Shown here one piece after another: positions 17,610 to 21,072 of a stretch of 21,072 nucleotides of DNA. Source of the DNA: Candidatus Aegiribacteria sp. (GTDB lineage: Bacteria > Fermentibacterota > Fermentibacteria > Fermentibacterales > JCC-6); the NCBI GenBank assembly GCA_046498225.1, contig JAWOBF010000018.1, positions 1 to 21,072 on the forward strand. The letters run 5' to 3'. Position 1 is the first letter of the stretch, and each line of letters starts with the position of its first letter. The notes below the pieces were generated by a model. It saw nothing but the letters and a program-made list of their open reading frames with translations, ran no database searches and was not told where the DNA came from. Position numbers and translations under genes: made by a program.

Positions 17610-18107
17610 TCACTGCTCCTTCGTCAGACTGTCGATCTGCTTCACAATTTCGGCCACCTGGCTCCTAAGGTCCCGGAGCTGCAGGGCGAGCTTCTCCAGG
17701 TCATCCCCCGAACCGGCCCTGGGTTCACCGCCGCCGGTTCTTCCAGCCGAACCGGAGTGCGACCGGGCGTTCGGCGAGCTGAGGGACGCAAGCTCCCCCC
17801 TCGCAAAAGCCTCCACAGCTTCCTTCACCGTACCCTCGGGAGCGGCGAAGCATTCAACGGAGCCGGCGGACAGCACCTGAAAGGCGTTTGGGCCGATATT
17901 TGCCGATATCAGAGCCCCGGGTGCCTGTTCCAGAACGAACTGGGCCGCCATTACTCCGGCCCCGCTGCTCTGGCCCGTGGCCGGGTTTTCCAGCGCTTCA
18001 TGCTCGAGGTCGTCGGTATCCGCCAGAATGTAGTACTCCGCCCTGCCGAACACCTGGCTGACGGGAGAATCAAGGTCTCTTCCGGATGAACTGACTATTA
18101 CTTTCAT
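17610..18107 (-). CDS. NifB/NifX (COG1433) protein with C-terminal coiled-coil tail
   Basis: LDSPVSQVFGRAEYY, ENPA...SGAGVMAAQ, NIGPNAFQVL and GTVKEAVEAF.RGEL. Confidence 0.9.
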   Translation of the reverse strand: MKVIVSSSGRDLDSPVSQVFGRAEYYILADTDDLEHEALENPATGQSSGAGVMAAQFVLEQAPGALISANIGPNAFQVLSAGSVECFAAPEGTVKEAVEAFARGELASLSSPNARSHSGSAGRTGGGEPRAGSGDDLEKLALQLRDLRSQVAEIVKQIDSLTKEQ

Positions 18108-18110
18108 CTG

Positions 18111-18461
18111 TTATTCCGTCTCCTTTTTTCTTCTGAGAAGCTGTTCCACACGGTCTGCCAGCCGTTCGATTGTGTCCGATACGAACTGGATCTGACCTCT
18201 CAGGGACTCGGTTTCCGTCGGGGCCGGCCGGAACGCGGGCTCCTGCTCCCGGGGGAGCCTTCTCCAGTAGGGCAGTCCCGTTTCGTAGAACCTGTTGCGG
18301 AAACCTCTGCCTCCGCCGACCCTCCTTCCGTAGCAGCCGTATCCTCCTCCCCTTCCGGGAGCCGTCGCGTACCCTCCATCGGAATATCCCGCGCACCTTC
18401 CCATAGCTCTTCCCGTAAGGGGCCCTTCACCTCTCGGTCCCGTTCCATCTCCAGCTGGCAT
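18111..18461 (-). CDS. DUF5320-family protein
   Basis: MPAGDGTGPRGEGPLTGRAMGRCAG start, Gly/Arg-rich middle (GRGFRNRFYETGLP) and C-terminal coiled coil. SD AAAGGAG. Confidence 0.85.
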   Translation of the reverse strand: MPAGDGTGPRGEGPLTGRAMGRCAGYSDGGYATAPGRGGGYGCYGRRVGGGRGFRNRFYETGLPYWRRLPREQEPAFRPAPTETESLRGQIQFVSDTIERLADRVEQLLRRKKETE

Positions 18462-18478
18462 GACGATATCTCCTTTCT

Positions 18479-18880
18479 TTACTGTCCGATCTGTTCATCA
18501 CTGTGGTGCAGTTCCATATGATCCCTGTATTCGCTGAAGAATCGGTGCAGGATCCGGTCGGTCTCCCGAAGGTCCTCTACCCATACCTGCAGATAACTGT
18601 CTCCCCTGGGGGAAAGGCAATAGACCCTCCTGGCCGGGCCCGAATCGCCCTCCGACCATCTGGAAGTGACAAAGCCCCTCTCCTCGAGGCTTCGAAGTAT
18701 CCTGTAGATGGTGCTGGAGTCCGCCGGAGTTTCACTGAAACCGAACTTTTCCAGGTTCTCCAGCAGCTGGTAACCGTGGGACTCCCCGCCGTGCAGCAGC
18801 AGGAGCAGGCAGGGTTCGAGGAACCTGTTTATCCTCCTGCGGCAACCGCCGTCACGGCCTCTTCTTCTTCTGCCTGGCAT
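18479..18880 (-). CDS. PadR-family transcriptional regulator
   Basis: LLLLLHGGESHGYQL...STIYRILRSLEERGFV.S.W....GPARRVY.LS..G. ATG at 18880 has SD GGAGG and is preferred over the track start at 18928. Confidence 0.92.
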   Translation of the reverse strand: MPGRRRRGRDGGCRRRINRFLEPCLLLLLHGGESHGYQLLENLEKFGFSETPADSSTIYRILRSLEERGFVTSRWSEGDSGPARRVYCLSPRGDSYLQVWVEDLRETDRILHRFFSEYRDHMELHHSDEQIGQ

Positions 18881-18892
18881 GTGTATCCTCCA

Positions 18893-18942
18893 TCTATATG
18901 CAAACTGCACATAGAGAATAATGAACATTTGAAGATCGTCAA
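18893..18942 (-). promoter_or_regulatory. Putative padR operon promoter with inverted-repeat operator
   Basis: Minus strand TTGACG (18942-18937)-N16-TATTCT (18920-18915), directly followed by the inverted repeat TCTATATGCA-AAC-TGCACATAGA (+ strand 18893-18915; 10-3-10, one mismatch). Confidence 0.6.
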
Positions 18943-18988
18943 GTGTCTTTGGTCGAAGATTACAGAAACGGGAATACGGGGGAAGCTG

Positions 18989-20083
18989 TCAGCTGATGGA
19001 GTCCCGCATAAGCCTCTCTGTGTAGGAATTGTTCATAAGCCGCACCATTGTGGAGTAGCCCATCTTGAAGCATACGGTGTCGCCGGTCTTCAGCCCTTCC
19101 GGGTTGTCGCCGAGATTGAGTACCGTCACGTCGCTGCTGGCGCCGGCTATTCCGTACTCGCTGTTCACCGGTTTCAGTCCCGATATGTCCGTATCCAGGC
19201 CGCCCACGGTCACCACGGCCCTGTAGCCCCTCTGGCCGGGGGTGGTCTCCTCCCCGTTGCCCTCGTCTCCCGTGGGGAAAGGGGCGATATCGTCCAGGGT
19301 CTCGCCGGAGGGGGTCAGGCTCTTCTCCTTCATCTCGATTATCTCCGCCTCCAGGATGAAACCGTCATCCCTGAGCCCGTAGATGGTTCCACCGTTTATC
19401 AGGTCCGTTCCCAGAAGGATAGCTTCCCCAACCCTGAAATGATTGATGGCGGAGGGAACCCGTCCCTCCAGAAGGAAGGGAAGGACCACACTGGAACCGG
19501 CGGATATGACCGGAAGACTCTTCTGAAACTTCAATTCCAGCAGCTCACGGTAAAGGATAAGCTGCATCAGCTGGTCCACCGATGGAATGGTGCCGGAGAA
19601 GCATCCCAGATTGGCGCCTATTCCCAGTACCTTGATGTTCTTCAGATGGAATATCTCGTTGTACAGCTTCACCAGGGCCCCGGGAAGAATACCCTCCCTC
19701 AGGTCGCCCAGCTCGATCATAAGTATCACCTTGTGGACCTTCCCCTGGCTGCCGGCAACTTCGTTCAGTTTCTTCACCGTCCCGAGTTCCGTGTTCAGGG
19801 ACACGTCGGTGAGGTCCACCACCTGGTCCAGCTGTGACTGAGAGGGGGGACGCAGGAACCACTTCTCGAAATCCAGTTTCTGGTCGGATATGTCCCGCAG
19901 GTTCTGAAGCCTGGAGTCGGCTATGGAGGAAACACCCATTTCAGAGAGAGCCCTTATGGTTTCCAGGTGTCCGCACAGTGCTTTTGTGACCACAGTGAGG
20001 GTGGCGCCGTGGTCGTTCAACCAGCTTTTGACCTTCAGGTAATTGTCCCTGATGGCTTCGCTGTCGATAAGAATCCTGTTCAT
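18989..20083 (-). CDS. Alanine/ornithine-racemase-family PLP enzyme (Orr/YhfX-like, COG3457)
   Basis: PLP lysine in VVTKALCG; IADSRLQNL, SLNTE, MIELGDLREGI, GANLGC, ISAGSS, INHFRVGEAILLG, GASSD and a C-terminal MGYS. Confidence 0.88.
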   Translation of the reverse strand: MNRILIDSEAIRDNYLKVKSWLNDHGATLTVVTKALCGHLETIRALSEMGVSSIADSRLQNLRDISDQKLDFEKWFLRPPSQSQLDQVVDLTDVSLNTELGTVKKLNEVAGSQGKVHKVILMIELGDLREGILPGALVKLYNEIFHLKNIKVLGIGANLGCFSGTIPSVDQLMQLILYRELLELKFQKSLPVISAGSSVVLPFLLEGRVPSAINHFRVGEAILLGTDLINGGTIYGLRDDGFILEAEIIEMKEKSLTPSGETLDDIAPFPTGDEGNGEETTPGQRGYRAVVTVGGLDTDISGLKPVNSEYGIAGASSDVTVLNLGDNPEGLKTGDTVCFKMGYSTMVRLMNNSYTERLMRDSIS

Positions 20084-20523
20084 CTGCTGTACCGCATCTC
20101 GGCGTATTTCGATTCGAAACCCATCCTCTCGTACAGCCTTTTCGCAGGATTGTCGTACTCCACATGCAGCTTGATATCACCCCGGGCCCTTTTGAAAGCT
20201 TCCTTTATCAGCGTGCCACCGATACCCTGCCCGCGGTGGGAAGGGTCAACGGCAATGTAGAGAAGAATGTTCGGAGGAACGTAGCCTGACATTCCCGTCC
20301 TGAGCATGACCAGGGCGCCTACGGTGGTATTATCCTCCCTGGCCAGTAGAATGAAGCCGCCCTTCCCCTCCGCCTCGGAAAAGGCGTACTCGAGCCCGCT
20401 CATTATCTCATCGACAGGGTCTTCGTAGGGAATGAGGGCCGAATGGAGGAATTCGGCCAGCTCGTTGAGGGAAGTGTATTCACGCAGGTCCTCCAGCTTA
20501 TCAACATACAGATAGTTTATCAT
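20080..20523 (-). CDS. GNAT-family N-acetyltransferase
   Basis: AcCoA motif A YIAVDPSHRGQGIG and motif B LHVEYDNPAKRLYERMGF. The stop overlaps the racemase start (ATGA, 20083-20080). Start is uncertain (20523 or up to 20586). Confidence 0.9.
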   Translation of the reverse strand: MINYLYVDKLEDLREYTSLNELAEFLHSALIPYEDPVDEIMSGLEYAFSEAEGKGGFILLAREDNTTVGALVMLRTGMSGYVPPNILLYIAVDPSHRGQGIGGTLIKEAFKRARGDIKLHVEYDNPAKRLYERMGFESKYAEMRYSR

Positions 20524-20686
20524 TTTCTCTCTTTTCTGAAGAGTTTCCATTTGCCGACTGGTTTTTGATAAGATGCGCGGAATCATAACCCAGGTTTTAG
20601 GTTTTACTCCGCTGCCTCATAATTGCATATTAGCCCGTCATGTCAACCCCTGTGAGGAACCCTCATCCTTCGGAAAGGCCAGCGCG

Positions 20687-21072
20687 ATTTCAGAAAAAAA
20701 GATAGTGCCCGACCTGCTCCTGCTGCTGACAGCCGCTATCTGGGGGTTCGCCTTCGTTGCCCAGAGGGCCGGTATGGAGCATATGGGACCATTTTTGTTC
20801 AACGGGATACGGTTTTCCCTGGGAGCGGCAGCGATTCTGCCGGTGCTGGCGTTAAGGGCAAGGCGTTACTCCCGGCCGTTCAGCGGGTTCCCGGTCAGGG
20901 ACGGCGCCATGGCCGGGCTGGTGCTGTTCGCGGGCGCTTCTCTTCAGCAGACCGGGCTGGTGTACACAACCGCGGGGAATGCGGGTTTCATAACCGGGCT
21001 CTACGTCCTGCTGGTACCGGTGCTGGGCATGTTAATGGGCCAGCCCACCGGCTGGAGGACCTGGGTCGGTTC
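20687..21072 (+). CDS. EamA/DMT-family transporter (5' part, runs off the window)
   Basis: Translated by hand, as it is absent from the track: DLLLLLTAAIWGFAFVAQRAGMEHMGPFLFNGIRF...GASLQQTGLVYTTAGNAGFITGLYVLLVP. The start codon is uncertain (ATG 20573, ATT 20687 or GTG 20705). Confidence 0.9.
   Translation, partial: MSEKKIVPDLLLLLTAAIWGFAFVAQRAGMEHMGPFLFNGIRFSLGAAAILPVLALRARRYSRPFSGFPVRDGAMAGLVLFAGASLQQTGLVYTTAGNAGFITGLYVLLVPVLGMLMGQPTGWRTWVG

Noticed and set aside
17127..18107. Nitrogen-fixation interpretation of the NifB/NifX proteins
   Set aside because: No nifHDK/ENB genes in the window, and COG1433 domains are common in non-diazotrophic anaerobes.
18503..19837. 444-aa + strand ORF spanning padR and the racemase
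   Set aside because: Antisense to two clear genes, with no motif or SD; treated as coincidental frame openness.
1..21072. CRISPR arrays, tRNA/rRNA genes, IS or phage genes, defence systems
   Set aside because: No periodic repeats, cloverleaf or rRNA signatures, or transposase, integrase or nuclease motifs were seen.

Overview
Bacterial chromosomal window, mostly moderately GC-rich, with gene content typical of an anaerobe. A FlgD-Ig/T9SS-like C-terminal tail weakly hints at an FCB-related candidate phylum (inference only). Left to right: (1) a decayed left end with an orphan C-terminal-domain fragment, an unknown membrane protein and a trmO remnant; (2) a GT-C-type membrane glycosyltransferase; (3) a trehalose locus, a fused T6P synthase/phosphatase (OtsA-OtsB) followed by a TreT-type trehalose synthase; (4) an AT-rich stretch with an orphan CopG/BrnA-like antitoxin, then a coiled-coil protein, an APC permease and a CPA2 antiporter carrying USP-like and PTS-EIIA-like domains; (5) a 913-aa HEAT-repeat protein; (6) a PadR-led operon resembling the Desulfovibrio Orange-protein cluster (DUF5320, two NifB/NifX proteins, a Cys-rich mini-protein, two MinD-type 4Fe-4S ATPases); (7) a coupled GNAT + PLP racemase pair; (8) the 5' part of an EamA/DMT transporter. 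The strongest lead is the TPS-TPP fusion: its synthase motifs are intact, but both key catalytic aspartates of the HAD phosphatase are Asn (NYDGT, GND), which suggests a pseudo-phosphatase next to TreT. No RNA genes, CRISPR arrays or intact mobile elements were recognised. All family calls come from motif recognition by eye; no database search was run.
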